Shown here one piece after another: positions 8,811-17,841 of a stretch of DNA of 64,000 nt (position 1 is its first letter; each line of letters begins with the position of its first letter). The position numbers and the translations under genes were made by a program. Origin of the DNA: an uncultured Actinomycetes bacterium (GTDB taxonomy: Bacteria; Actinomycetota; Thermoleophilia; UBA2241); assembly GCA_963709345.1 (NCBI GenBank), contig CAVPVX010000004.1, positions 200,914 through 264,913 of the forward strand. The letters run 5' to 3'. The notes beneath the pieces were generated by a model, which saw only the letters and a list, made by a program, of their open reading frames with translations, did not search any database and was not told the DNA's origin.

Positions 8811-10130
8811 TCAGATCGAGTCGGCCGGCGAGTCGAGGGGAAGGCGGATGGAGAATGTCGCTCCGCCGTTCGCGCGGCTGCTTGCTTCGACGTGCCCACC
8901 CATGGTCTCCACCAACTCCCGCACGAGCGCGAGGCCGAGGCCCGTGCCGACCGGCCGCGTCGCCTTGTAGCGATCGTACAGACGGAAGCGGTCGAAGGCG
9001 TGCTCGAGGTCGTCGGCGTCGAGCCCGGGCCCCGAGTCGACGACGCTGATCGAGCCCGGCTGCACGGCGACGTGTACGGCGCCGCCGGCCGGACTCAGGC
9101 GGAGCGCGTTCTCGACCAGGTTCGTCACGCACTGGACGATCCGGTCCGGGTCGCCCCGGGCCGGCGACTCCGGCGATGCGACCAGTTCGACCCGCGTCTC
9201 CAGCCTGTCCGCCGCGGCCTCGCAGCGCCTGACGGCTTCCGCCGACAGCTCGGCGAGGTCGACGGGCTCCGAGCGCACGGTGAAGCGCTCCTGGCCGAGC
9301 CGCGCCAGGTCCAGCAGGTCTTCGACGAGACGTTCGAGGCGAGCGCTCTCGGTCAGGATGAACTCGCTCGCCATCTCGGGCGCGACTACGCCTTCCGTCT
9401 GGCCGAGGGCGAATCCGCGGATCGCCGCGAGCGGCGTCCTGAGTTCGTGGGTCACCGACAGGAGAAAGGCCCTTTCCGCCAGGCGTACCCGCTCCAGCTC
9501 ACGTGACATGTGGTTGAAGCTCTCGGTGAGCGAGCGCAACTCGCGCGGGCCACCGACCTCGATCGGGAGCGGTGTCGATCCCTCGGCGACCTGCCGGCTC
9601 GCTCCGGCGACGCGGGAGACAGGTCGGGTGACGGCGCGCGCGACGATGAGGGATGCGGCCGCCGCGCAGCCGACGGCCAGCAACGCGCCGAGCAGAAGAC
9701 GCCCGGTCCACTGCCGCCAGTCGACGATGGGCGTCGTGTAGGGACGCTCGAGGACGAAGACCTCCGAGCCCCGGCGGACCGCCGCGAACATCTCGCGGCC
9801 GCGCCGGTCTTGTCTGCCGGCGACGGCTCCGGCGGCCTCCAGCTCGGCTACGGCCTCCGGCGGCAGATGGGCGGCAGCGGAGTCGGCCGGGAAGATCGAG
9901 AGGGCGCGATCGACGCCGGCCACAGCGTCCTGGATGGCCACCCGCTGCTCGCGCGGCTGCTTCTCGATGATGGCCGAGAGCAGGTTGGTGTGGCGCGCGA
10001 GTGCGGCGAGATCGGCGTGCTCTATGCTCGCCTGGAGGACCACGGCCCCCAGGATCAGGAAGGCGACGAGCGGGACGGCCGTGGCGAGAAACACGGCCAG
10101 CCACATCCGGGTCCACAGTCGGTCCAGCAT
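8811..10130 (-). CDS. two-component sensor histidine kinase (TM-HAMP-HisKA-HATPase)
   Basis: N-terminal TM helix, periplasmic segment, second TM, HAMP-like region, H-box SVTHELRTPLAAIRGF, and N/G boxes (NLVENALRLSP, DSGPGL, GTGLGLALV). Confidence 0.85.
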   Translation of the reverse strand: MLDRLWTRMWLAVFLATAVPLVAFLILGAVVLQASIEHADLAALARHTNLLSAIIEKQPREQRVAIQDAVAGVDRALSIFPADSAAAHLPPEAVAELEAAGAVAGRQDRRGREMFAAVRRGSEVFVLERPYTTPIVDWRQWTGRLLLGALLAVGCAAAASLIVARAVTRPVSRVAGASRQVAEGSTPLPIEVGGPRELRSLTESFNHMSRELERVRLAERAFLLSVTHELRTPLAAIRGFALGQTEGVVAPEMASEFILTESARLERLVEDLLDLARLGQERFTVRSEPVDLAELSAEAVRRCEAAADRLETRVELVASPESPARGDPDRIVQCVTNLVENALRLSPAGGAVHVAVQPGSISVVDSGPGLDADDLEHAFDRFRLYDRYKATRPVGTGLGLALVRELVETMGGHVEASSRANGGATFSIRLPLDSPADSI

Positions 10131-10169
10131 GCTCGCTCCCCTCCGGCCGGCGCCGTCGCCGGCGACCGG

Positions 10170-10841
10170 CTAGCCGCGGATCGCCTTGTAGCCGACTCCG
10201 TAGACGGTCTGAATGAGATCGGGACGCTCAAGCTTGCGGCGGACCTGAGCGATGTGCACGTCCACCGTCCTGGTGCCGCCCGGGTAGTCGATGCCCCAGA
10301 GGCGATCGAGGAGCTGCTCGCGCGTGAACACCACGCCGCGATGCGCCACCAGGTGCGTGAGGAGATCGAACTCCTTGGCTGTGAGGTCCACGCAGGAGCC
10401 GTCGACGGTCACCTCACGCGCCTCGCAGTCCACCACGACGCCGGAGAGCGACAGCATCGACCTGCCGGCCGTCGGCCCGCTGCGGCGCAGGACGACTTTG
10501 ACGCGAGCCATGAGCTCGCGCGGTGAGAACGGCTTCGTGACGTAGTCGTCGGCTCCGAGTTCCAGGCCGGCGACGCGGTCGGCCTCATCGGTCCGGGCCG
10601 TCAGGATGATGATGGGGACGGTCGTTCGCGCCTTGATCTCACGACATACATCGAAGCCGTCCATGTCGGGGAGGCCGATGTCGAGGATGACGAGAGCCGT
10701 GGCGCGCCGCTCGAGCTCCGAGAGCCCCTCGGCGCCGCTCCGCGCCCAGACGACGGAGTACTCGTCGTGACGGAGGTACTCTTGCACCAGCGTGCCCATG
10801 CTGGCTTCGTCTTCGATGAGGAGAACGGTCCCACGCATGCC
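10170..10841 (-). CDS. OmpR-family response regulator
   Basis: Start MRGTVLLIEDE. Receiver motifs (DIGLPDMDG, phospho-acceptor D) plus a C-terminal winged-helix (TAKEFDLLTHL...VYGVGYK). It is the operon partner of the HK immediately downstream. Confidence 0.85.
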   Translation of the reverse strand, partial: GMRGTVLLIEDEASMGTLVQEYLRHDEYSVVWARSGAEGLSELERRATALVILDIGLPDMDGFDVCREIKARTTVPIIILTARTDEADRVAGLELGADDYVTKPFSPRELMARVKVVLRRSGPTAGRSMLSLSGVVVDCEAREVTVDGSCVDLTAKEFDLLTHLVAHRGVVFTREQLLDRLWGIDYPGGTRTVDVHIAQVRRKLERPDLIQTVYGVGYKAIRG

Positions 10842-11057
10842 CCTATGATACCCGCCCGTCATCGAGCGGTCCCGGGGCCGTGGCCGACGCGGGATGCGTC
10901 GTCCGCCGGACGCGCCGGACGGCCGCACAGGTAACCTGCCTGCATCCAAGGTCCTGCACCGGGACGCCGTCCGGCCCTCGGTGGTTCGAGGTGCCGGACG
11001 GCGTAAGAGGGCGTGGCCCGCAGGGCTGCGCCGGCGTGGCGCGCCGGCCTCTCGGCG

Positions 11058-11654
11058 TCAGGCGCGGCTCACCAGGTCGTCGCGGCCGTCGGCGACGAAG
11101 TACGCGGCCGTGACCGTGGCGATCGTGAACGGCACCGCGAGGATCGCCAGCGGGCCGTCGGCGACGGCGTTCAGAGCCAGCAGCATGACGGTGAGCGCCA
11201 GGTGCTCCCAGAAGCCGTTGTCGCGGACCAGGTGGTAGCTTGCCGCCATCGCGTCGTAGACGCCCAGGCGCCGATCGACCATGAGCGGGATCACGTACAG
11301 CCAGATCGTCACGAGCAGCACGCCTCCGACGATGGTGAGTGAGGCCAGGCCGATCAGCACGACGAGCACAAGCGCCGCTACCAGGAAGTCCCAGAAGCGG
11401 TCCATGCAGGAGAAGACGTCTCCGATCTCGGCGGTGCGACCGTCGCGGATCCGCCCGGCGACCATGCTGTAGAGGCCGGCCAGCAGCGGGCCCGCGAGGA
11501 TGCCCAGAGTGACGATGGAGAGCAGGCCGGCGATGAGACCGCCGACCAGCAGCGGGACGATGTCGGCGGTGAAGCAGTTCCAGCCGCCTTTGAAGGCGAG
11601 GCCGACATCCAGACGCGGGCGGGCGAGCGCCGGCGTTGCTTCGACTGTAGTCAT
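11058..11654 (-). CDS. polytopic membrane protein of unknown function (198 aa)
   Basis: 4-5 hydrophobic helices with no catalytic motif. It lies upstream of the RR/HK pair on the same strand. Confidence 0.55.
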   Translation of the reverse strand: MTTVEATPALARPRLDVGLAFKGGWNCFTADIVPLLVGGLIAGLLSIVTLGILAGPLLAGLYSMVAGRIRDGRTAEIGDVFSCMDRFWDFLVAALVLVVLIGLASLTIVGGVLLVTIWLYVIPLMVDRRLGVYDAMAASYHLVRDNGFWEHLALTVMLLALNAVADGPLAILAVPFTIATVTAAYFVADGRDDLVSRA

Positions 11655-11826
11655 GGTGGGTTCCTTTCCCCGAGGTTGCGTTGTCCTGAGATGAGACTAC
11701 GGACTCACGCGGCCGGCGTCGTCACCCCCGGGACTGAATCGGGGGTCAACCACAGGGGGAACCCCGCCCTCGCTGCGCACCCCTGCGGAGGGAGGGCGCC
11801 GGCGTTCGCGGGGCAGGGAAGCAAGA

Positions 11827-11863
11827 AAGGCGGCGGGCGGCCGGAAGGGCCGCCCGCCGCCTT
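11827..11863. terminator. GC-rich hairpin (16-bp stem, GGAAG loop) downstream of the transglycosylase gene, copy 1 of a repeated hairpin
   Basis: AAGGCGGCGGGCGGCC-GGAAG-GGCCGCCCGCCGCCTT is a perfect stem. It lies 30 nt past the stop of the minus-strand gene 11895..12654. Its core GCGGGCGGCCGGAAGGGCCGCCCGCC is 25/26 identical to the hairpin at 19489..19525. Confidence 0.5.
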
Positions 11864-11894
11864 GGACAAGTCACGAGGGGGCGCGTCGGCCGGT

Positions 11895-12654
11895 TCAGAA
11901 CGCCATCGAGTAGGTGTGGGTCCAGATGCTGGGGCCCATGCCTCTGCCGATCGCCAGGGCGGCGAGGCGGATCTGCGCCCAGCCGTCGTAGATGCTGGTG
12001 CCGCGCCATGGGTTCCAGCTCGCCGACCACTCGCGGGTCATGAATTGGAAGAGGCCGTGGTACGGGCCGCTGACGACCCGGCGTTGCCCGGTCGACTCGA
12101 GCATCATGAGGCGGTAGAGGCCGGCCGCGCTGACGCCGTACTTGCGCGCGGCGATCTCGATCAGCGGCCGCCACTGGCCGCGGCTGTTCCACTTCTGAAT
12201 CTGGACGCGCAGGCGGACGCGCTTCGCCAGTCGCTTCACCTTGTCGCTCCAGCGTTTGGTCATCGCGCGCAGCTTCACGACACGCGCCTGCAGTGCTGCG
12301 ACTTCCTCGTCGCTGACGACGCCGTCGGCCAGCAGCGCGGCCGCGAGCGCCTGATCCATGCCGGGGGGGATCAGTCAGAGTCGGCGCGGCCGGGTCGAGC
12401 GGCGCGGCGTCCGGGTCCAGCGGGGTGGCGGTGATAGTGGAGGGGTCCGTCGCGGCGCGGAGCTCACGGGCTCCCGCCAGGTTCACGACGGCGAGGCGCT
12501 GACGCTGACGGGCCCGCTGCCTCTTCTCCTTGGCTTGGCGCAGCTGCTGCTTGAGCTGCTTGATGGGCGGTTGCTCTGCGGAGGCCGGCGACGCGATGAT
12601 CGCGGTGGCCAGGAGGGCGAGGACGATGAGGATCCCGAGGTGTCTGAGACGCAC
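11895..12654 (-). CDS. secreted lytic-transglycosylase-like protein (signal peptide + coiled-coil + SLT-like domain), interrupted by a 1-nt frameshift in a G7/C7 homopolymer
   Basis: The N-terminal part (GTG 12654, RBS GGAAAGG) is VRLRHLGILIVLALLATAIIASPASA-EQPPIKQLKQQLRQAKEKRQ...TLTDPP, in the frame of junk ORF 11746..12990. The C-terminal 154 aa (ORF 11895..12359) carry a transglycosylase-like core GLYRLMMLESTGQRRVVSGPYHGLFQF...W. The two frames join if the G run at 12363..12369 is 6 rather than 7 nt (...TLTDPPGMDQALAA...). Confidence 0.55.
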
Positions 12655-13084
12655 GGTGACCTTTCCACGTGGTGTCCCGCTGGGGCAGTGGCCTTGCCTG
12701 TGCCCGGCGGGCGATCCGCGCCCGGGCGCGCGCCCGCCACACGGCATGTCCGTCAGATGGAAGAGGGGAGACGAATCTGCTGGGGGTGGGGCGCGCGGGG
12801 CGCCTCTTCTGCGTAGATTCGTGCTCCATTGAACCCTGTGGACGGCGCGTATGCAACCCGATGCGCCTGCATCGTGGCCGGGCCGGCGCTTGCGCCGGCG
12901 ATGAGCACCCCGGAAACGTCGTCGACCACGCATCGTCCTCGCAGCGTCCGATCCTGCGCGCCGCCCTGTGGGTCGTGAGGTATGGTTCAATCAGATGATC
13001 GCCGCGGACGCCGGCGTGAGACCGCTCTCGTCACGCGATGCCGGCCGCGCCGGAGCCGGAAATCACGCGGACAGGGGGAGAATC

Positions 13085-14356
13085 GTGAACCCACATGGGC
13101 CACTCTGTGCGCGGCGCCTCGCCGTCGTGCTCATGCTGCTGCTGGTGGCCGTGGCGCTGGGCGTCTCGCTGCTGACCACGGGGAACGCGCACGCCGCCGA
13201 CCTGACGTCCTGGTTCGCGATCCAGGACAGCCGCGTGTGGCTCCGCTCCTCACGGGTCATCGTGGGCGACCAGGGTTGGTCGCCGTACTTCCGTCCCGGT
13301 ATCGTCGTGTGGGACGGGGGGAGCATCGTCGGCGGTCACGGAGTGGATCCCGGCGACGACTACGCCGCACAGACCCTCGCACTCGTCCCACGGGTCTGCC
13401 GGAGCTACGCGTCTGTTACCGCCGGAGCCGACATCGCCGACATGGTCGTCGAGGCTCCAGCCGAGGTCGATGCGCGGTATCTCGCGGGTGCCGACGGCAA
13501 CGTGTGCGTCGTGCACGCCGGCGGCAGCGACCTCAAGAGCGGACGCGACCCCGAGGTCATCTTCGATCAGATCCGCACCTACTGTGCCGACCGGCGCGAC
13601 GCAGGGTTCGCCGTGGTCGTCGTCACGATCCTGCCACGGACCGACGCCCCCACCTTCGAGGCGGCCCGCGCGATCCTGAACGGCTTGTTGCGCGCGCACT
13701 GGCCGGAGTTCGCCGACGGACTTGCGGATGTCGCCGCCGACCCGCGCATCGGCGACATCTACGACAACCTCGACCAGCGGTACTACTGCGCCGACGGCAA
13801 ACACCCCAACGCCTCCGGGTACGCGGTGATGGCATCGGTGACCGCCCCGGTCCTCATGGACCTCCCGTGGCTCTCGCAGGCCGTGGACATGCGTCTGCGC
13901 AACGCCGGGGACGAGTGGGGGGAGTGGCGCGCCTATGCGGCGCTCACCACGTGGTGGCTCGCGCCGGGCGACGGCGCCAGGAGAGTGGAGGCGGAGTACC
14001 GGAGGGGAGTGGAGGATCCGGTGGCCGTTGGAGACGACGTCAACGTCGACACCGTGCGCCCGACGACGCGGGCGCTGCGCTCCGTCGCCGTGCGTCGCGG
14101 CGGCAAAGCCGTACTCGCATACCGCGTGCTCGACGCCGACCCGCACGGATCCTACGCCACGGTGGTGCTTCGGATCCTGCGCGGCGACAAGGTCGTCACG
14201 TCGATGGTCCGGCACCGCCGGGCCATCGGACGCCGTCTCCAGGTGTCGTTCACGTGCACCCTGCCCGCGGGCTCGTATCGCTGGCAGGTCCTCGCCCGCG
14301 ACACCGCGGGCAACCGCCAGAGCGTGGCGGGCAGCGCCCGGTTCGTCGTGCGCTGA
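13085..14356 (+). CDS. secreted SGNH/GDSL-family hydrolase with a C-terminal beta-sandwich (Ig-like) domain
   Basis: GTG 13085 with AGGGGGAG 7 nt upstream. Signal peptide RRLAVVLMLLLVAVALGVSLLTTGNAHA. SGNH blocks (VVHAGGSDLKSG; DGKHPNASGY) and a C-terminal FlgD-Ig-like segment (RVLDADPHGSYATVV...TAGNRQSV). Confidence 0.7.
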   Translation: MNPHGPLCARRLAVVLMLLLVAVALGVSLLTTGNAHAADLTSWFAIQDSRVWLRSSRVIVGDQGWSPYFRPGIVVWDGGSIVGGHGVDPGDDYAAQTLALVPRVCRSYASVTAGADIADMVVEAPAEVDARYLAGADGNVCVVHAGGSDLKSGRDPEVIFDQIRTYCADRRDAGFAVVVVTILPRTDAPTFEAARAILNGLLRAHWPEFADGLADVAADPRIGDIYDNLDQRYYCADGKHPNASGYAVMASVTAPVLMDLPWLSQAVDMRLRNAGDEWGEWRAYAALTTWWLAPGDGARRVEAEYRRGVEDPVAVGDDVNVDTVRPTTRALRSVAVRRGGKAVLAYRVLDADPHGSYATVVLRILRGDKVVTSMVRHRRAIGRRLQVSFTCTLPAGSYRWQVLARDTAGNRQSVAGSARFVVR

Positions 14357-14467
14357 CGGCGCGGGTCCACCCGACGTCGCCGAGCCAGTGTGGCCCGCAA
14401 CACTGGAGCTTTTCATGTCGGAGTCGAGAGGCGTCCTGTGGGACGGTGAGAGCCAACCGTCCCGTCC

Positions 14468-14893
14468 GTGGCTGCGGGCTTCGCGGTGCTCAGCGGCCGC
14501 GAGTGGGCAAGGTGGACAGGATTCGGGATCGCCGCACTGAGCGTGATCGGCCAGATGCCGTTCGCCCAGGCGTACCCGCTCTGGACACTGCTCATCATCG
14601 CCGTCGACTTCATGGTCGTCTACGGTCTCACCGTCTCCGGCGGCAGGGCTGCAGGGTCGGCGACCTCGACCCGGGAGGAGTGGGAGCGCCACCTTCGTGA
14701 CGTCTCGTCGCGGGAGGAGCGCGCGGCCTGGCGTCTCGTCCACATCGGGACGCTCGAGAAGAACCTTGGTGTGCCCGTGCCCACCCTCGCCGGTCACCAG
14801 GTGGACCCTGCCGCCATCGACGACGCCCAGATCGCGAGGATCAAGGAGCTTGAGAGCAGGCTCGTCGTCTCGCTGGTCGCCGTCAAGGGGTAG
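14468..14893 (+). CDS. fusion-like ORF: DUF7144-type transmembrane segment plus a C-terminal repeat domain of the MLC small-protein family (paralog 3, possibly degenerate)
   Basis: The N-terminus WARWTGFGIAALSVIGQMPFAQAYPLWTLLIIAVDFMVVYGLTV resembles the C-terminal helices of DUF7144 membrane proteins; an intact DUF7144 gene is at 34856..35239. The C-terminus IGTLEKNLGVPVPTLAGHQVDPAAIDDAQIARIKELESRLVVSLVAVKG is about 70% identical to the protein at 15903..16100. The GTG start follows an in-frame TGA at 14447, so the N-terminal half of a DUF7144 gene appears lost. Confidence 0.4.
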   Translation: MAAGFAVLSGREWARWTGFGIAALSVIGQMPFAQAYPLWTLLIIAVDFMVVYGLTVSGGRAAGSATSTREEWERHLRDVSSREERAAWRLVHIGTLEKNLGVPVPTLAGHQVDPAAIDDAQIARIKELESRLVVSLVAVKG

Positions 14894-15078
14894 GAGCTCC
14901 CAGCCCTGCGCGTGCTCCCCGAACGCGTCGAGGACGATGTCGAGCGCCGTGCGAACTACCCCGGGCCGTCGCCGACGTCCTGACGCCGTCCGTCACCCGG
15001 GGTAGCAGGCTGGCCGGCGCACCCGCGTGAGCGTCCGGGGTCACCCCCGTCGTCGTCGAGGGCGCGACGACCCTCTGA

Positions 15079-15727
15079 TCAGCTCGCCGCGCCGTCCTTG
15101 TCGTCGCTCGACGGGAACAGCTTGTCCTGATAGTAGCCGTCGGCCAGGTAGATCGCGGCCAGCGGGTTGTGGCCGAGGACCCTGTCCTTCGCGGCCAGAA
15201 CCGTCACCGGGGCGCTTGAATGCTTGAAGAAGAGGCTGTCGTGCCCGACGCACAGCCCGAGCACGATGTTGAGCTGCGTTCCGGCGCGGGCAAGCGCGTG
15301 CGCTTGGCCGACGGGGTTGCACATGGCCTCGAACGATCCCGGCAGGAGTTTTTCGTCGTCGCCCAGCCCTATGAGGCTCTTGTCGACGGCGCCGTTCTTG
15401 CAGAGCACCGAGTCGACGCTGAAGCCGTTGGCGACGAGCACCCGGCGAAGCACGGCCGCCTCGCTCTGGAGCCCGATGCAGAACGCCAGCCCAAGACTCT
15501 CGAAACCGCAGCGACGGGCGAAGGCCATGGTCTCCTCCACGCGCGTGAGGCGGCAGTAGCCCTCGGCCTCCACCCGAGCTGAGTTGCGGGCCAGCACGAG
15601 ATCGTCCACGCTGTAGGCGTCGAGCGCCGGCGCCGGCGTCCGCGTCTGACGTTGGGCAGTGCGACGGGTACGTCGTCGCACCTTCTTCGTGGCAGGCGAG
15701 TCGCTTGCAGGCGGCACACTCGTACAT
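15079..15727 (-). CDS. DUF1847-family (Cys-rich, putative metal-binding) protein, apparent 1-nt frameshift after the N-terminal Cys motif
   Basis: ORF 15041..15727 starts MYECAACKRLACHEEGATTYPSHCPTSDADAGAGA, the CxxC...C...YP..CPT N-motif. A second frame (ORF 15079..15864) continues ...LDAYSVDDLVLARNSARVEAEGYCRLTRVEETMAFARRCGFESLGLAFCIGL...MCNPVGQA...GLCVGHDSLFFKHSSAPVTVLAAKDRVLGHNP, the DUF1847 core. The junction is inside the GC repeat GACGCCGGCGCCGGCGCT at about 15625..15645. Confidence 0.55.
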
Positions 15728-15902
15728 CGCGCTCCTCCCTTGCCGGGCGGCCCGGCTCTTCTACGGCGCGAGACTCCACGCTCCCTTCCCGATCGTGACT
15801 CTAGCACCCCGTGAAGTCGCGTGGCCTGGTCAACGCTTGGGCACGTACTCGCGCGGGAAGGCACCCTTCGACCTGCGATCTCGCGCGAAGGGAGCTCTTC
15901 TC

Positions 15903-16100
15903 ATGCTGTGCAGTCTCGCAACGAAACTGGATCAAGGACAACTGGACGACATCGGGGCGCTCGAGGCCGAACTCGGTGTGCCCGTCCTCGCGTTCGCCTG
16001 CCACGAGATGGAGCCCGCCGCGATCGATGAGGCGCAGGTCGCCAGGATCGCGGAGCTCGAGAGCCGCCTCGGGGTCTCGCTGGTCGCCGTCCGGGGATAA
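15903..16100 (+). CDS. small hypothetical protein (65 aa), paralog 2 of the MLC small-protein family
   Basis: MLCSLATKLDQGQLDDIGALEAELGVPVLAFACHEMEPAAIDEAQVARIAELESRLGVSLVAVRG, with RBS GAAGGGAG 7 nt upstream of the ATG. It has two internal helix-strand repeats and is clearly paralogous to 732..992 (both start MLC...QL..I.ALEA.LG....AF.C and end LG.SLVAVR). Confidence 0.6.
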   Translation: MLCSLATKLDQGQLDDIGALEAELGVPVLAFACHEMEPAAIDEAQVARIAELESRLGVSLVAVRG

Positions 16101-16182
16101 GTCTCCCGGGCAGCCTCTGTCCATCCCGGTCACCGCCCTCATCACCGGCAGGCGCCCGCGCGCGGGCGCTCCGGCGTCTAGT

Positions 16183-17664
16183 CTAGTCCTCGAAGGCGCC
16201 GTCGTGCATGCCCGCGTAGGGCCTGCCCCAGCCGAAGTCGTCCCATTCGGTCGCGGTATAGGTCATGCTCGCCGTGAGCGGCTCGCCGAGGGACTCGAGA
16301 TGCGCCTTGCTCGGGTGCATGACAAACGGCTCGGCCTTGTGGCGGCTGCTCGCCGTGTCCCACTGGGCCTCGGGGATCTCGTCGCACTTGCGCAGCAGGA
16401 GGTCCCACTCGAAGTCGACCCACTCCTGCAGTTGCTCCAGGAGCTGCTCGTTGCCGGGCAGTGCCATGTGCGTGAAGCGGCCTTGGCGCTCGAGCCAGGC
16501 GCCGAGCGGCTGCTTGTGCCGCGGCCGGTAGGTCAGACGGTACTTGCCGTCGGCGACCTCGAAGAGCGGCCAGTAGCAGCAATCGGTCGCGAGACGCGAC
16601 AGCTCGATGCCCTCGTCGTTCTCGGTGCGCCAGCCGCGGGGACAGGGCGAGAGGACGTTGAGGAAGGTGGGCCCCTCGATCGCCAGCGCCTTCGACGCCT
16701 TGTGCATGAGGTCCTGCGGGTCGTGCGGCGAGGACTGAGCCACGTAGGGTAGTCGGTGCGCCACCATGATCTCGGTGAGGTTCTTGCTGTGACCCACCTT
16801 GCCCTGCTGGTCGGAGCCCACGGGGCTCGTCGTCGTCCAGGCGCCGTGTGGGGTGGCGCTGGAGCGCTGGAAACCCGTGTTCATATAGGCGCCGTTGTCG
16901 TAACAGACGTAGAGCATGTCGTGACCGCGGTCCATCGCGCCCGAGAGCGACTGCAGGCCGATGTCGTAGGTGCCGCCGTCGCCGCCGAAGGCGATGAACT
17001 TCACCCGGTCCTCAAGCTTGCCGCGCTTGCGCAACGCGCGGAAGGCCGTCTCGACGCCGGAGAGCGTGGCGGCCGCGTTCTCGAAGTTGGTGTGGATGTA
17101 GCTGCCCTTCCAGGCGGTGTAGGGGTAGCGCGTCGTCGAGACCTCGAGGCAGCCGGTGGCGCCGGAGACGACGTGGTGGCTGTCGACCTGTGAGAGGACC
17201 TGGTTCACGACGATGGAGGCGCCACAGCCGCTGCAGAGGCCGTGGCCGCTCGAAAGGCGCGGCGGCTTCTTGGCCAGCTCATGCACGCTGCGCCGATGCT
17301 CGTAGTACAGCTCGGTAGGCACGAGGGCGTCGAACTTGCATGCCTCGACGCAGTGCCCGCAGGTCATGCAGCGGCGCTCGTCGAGGGTGATCGTGCCGGC
17401 GAAATGGCGGTCCTTTCCCCTGCCGTGTGTGCGCGAGGGGTCGCGGCGCACGTCGATGCACTCCACCGGGCACACCTTCTTGCAGGCGCCGCAGAAGGTG
17501 CAGGTGTGGCCGCCGCCGGGCTTGGGCGCGAGGTCGAAGAGGCCCGTCCCGTGGAGCTTGTGGACGAGGTCGCGTACGGCGTAGCTGTTCTCGGGGATGG
17601 GGTGGCCGTACGTGAGGGCTTGCGTGTCGGCGGCATCAGTGGGGGTCTTTGGCCTCGCGCTCAT
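16183..17664 (-). CDS. 2-oxoacid:ferredoxin oxidoreductase beta subunit (TPP-binding) fused to an N-terminal 2x[4Fe-4S] ferredoxin (delta-like) domain, with a C-terminal extension
   Basis: Two CxxCxxCxxxCP clusters (CTFCGACKKVCPVEC; CMTCGHCVEACKF); the PorB N-motif GHGLCSGCG; the TPP motif GDGGTYDIG...NGAYMNTGFQ; a C-terminal SPCPRGW; and an extra about 100-aa tail. The start is taken at MSARPK (RBS AAGGCGAGGA). No alpha or gamma subunit gene is nearby. Confidence 0.8.
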   Translation of the reverse strand: MSARPKTPTDAADTQALTYGHPIPENSYAVRDLVHKLHGTGLFDLAPKPGGGHTCTFCGACKKVCPVECIDVRRDPSRTHGRGKDRHFAGTITLDERRCMTCGHCVEACKFDALVPTELYYEHRRSVHELAKKPPRLSSGHGLCSGCGASIVVNQVLSQVDSHHVVSGATGCLEVSTTRYPYTAWKGSYIHTNFENAAATLSGVETAFRALRKRGKLEDRVKFIAFGGDGGTYDIGLQSLSGAMDRGHDMLYVCYDNGAYMNTGFQRSSATPHGAWTTTSPVGSDQQGKVGHSKNLTEIMVAHRLPYVAQSSPHDPQDLMHKASKALAIEGPTFLNVLSPCPRGWRTENDEGIELSRLATDCCYWPLFEVADGKYRLTYRPRHKQPLGAWLERQGRFTHMALPGNEQLLEQLQEWVDFEWDLLLRKCDEIPEAQWDTASSRHKAEPFVMHPSKAHLESLGEPLTASMTYTATEWDDFGWGRPYAGMHDGAFED

Positions 17665-17841
17665 GTCGTCCTCGCCTTGATCGGTGATGCGGACAAAGTT
17701 TGTCCGCAATTGGGGGGAAGTTGAAAAGCTACCAAAAGTGCGACGCCCCTACAAGCGTGGCAGGCGTTCGCCGGGCATGCGGCTCACGGGCGCGTGGGCG
17801 ACGGTGGCGCCACGGCCGCGGTCTTCGGCTAGACTCGTAGG

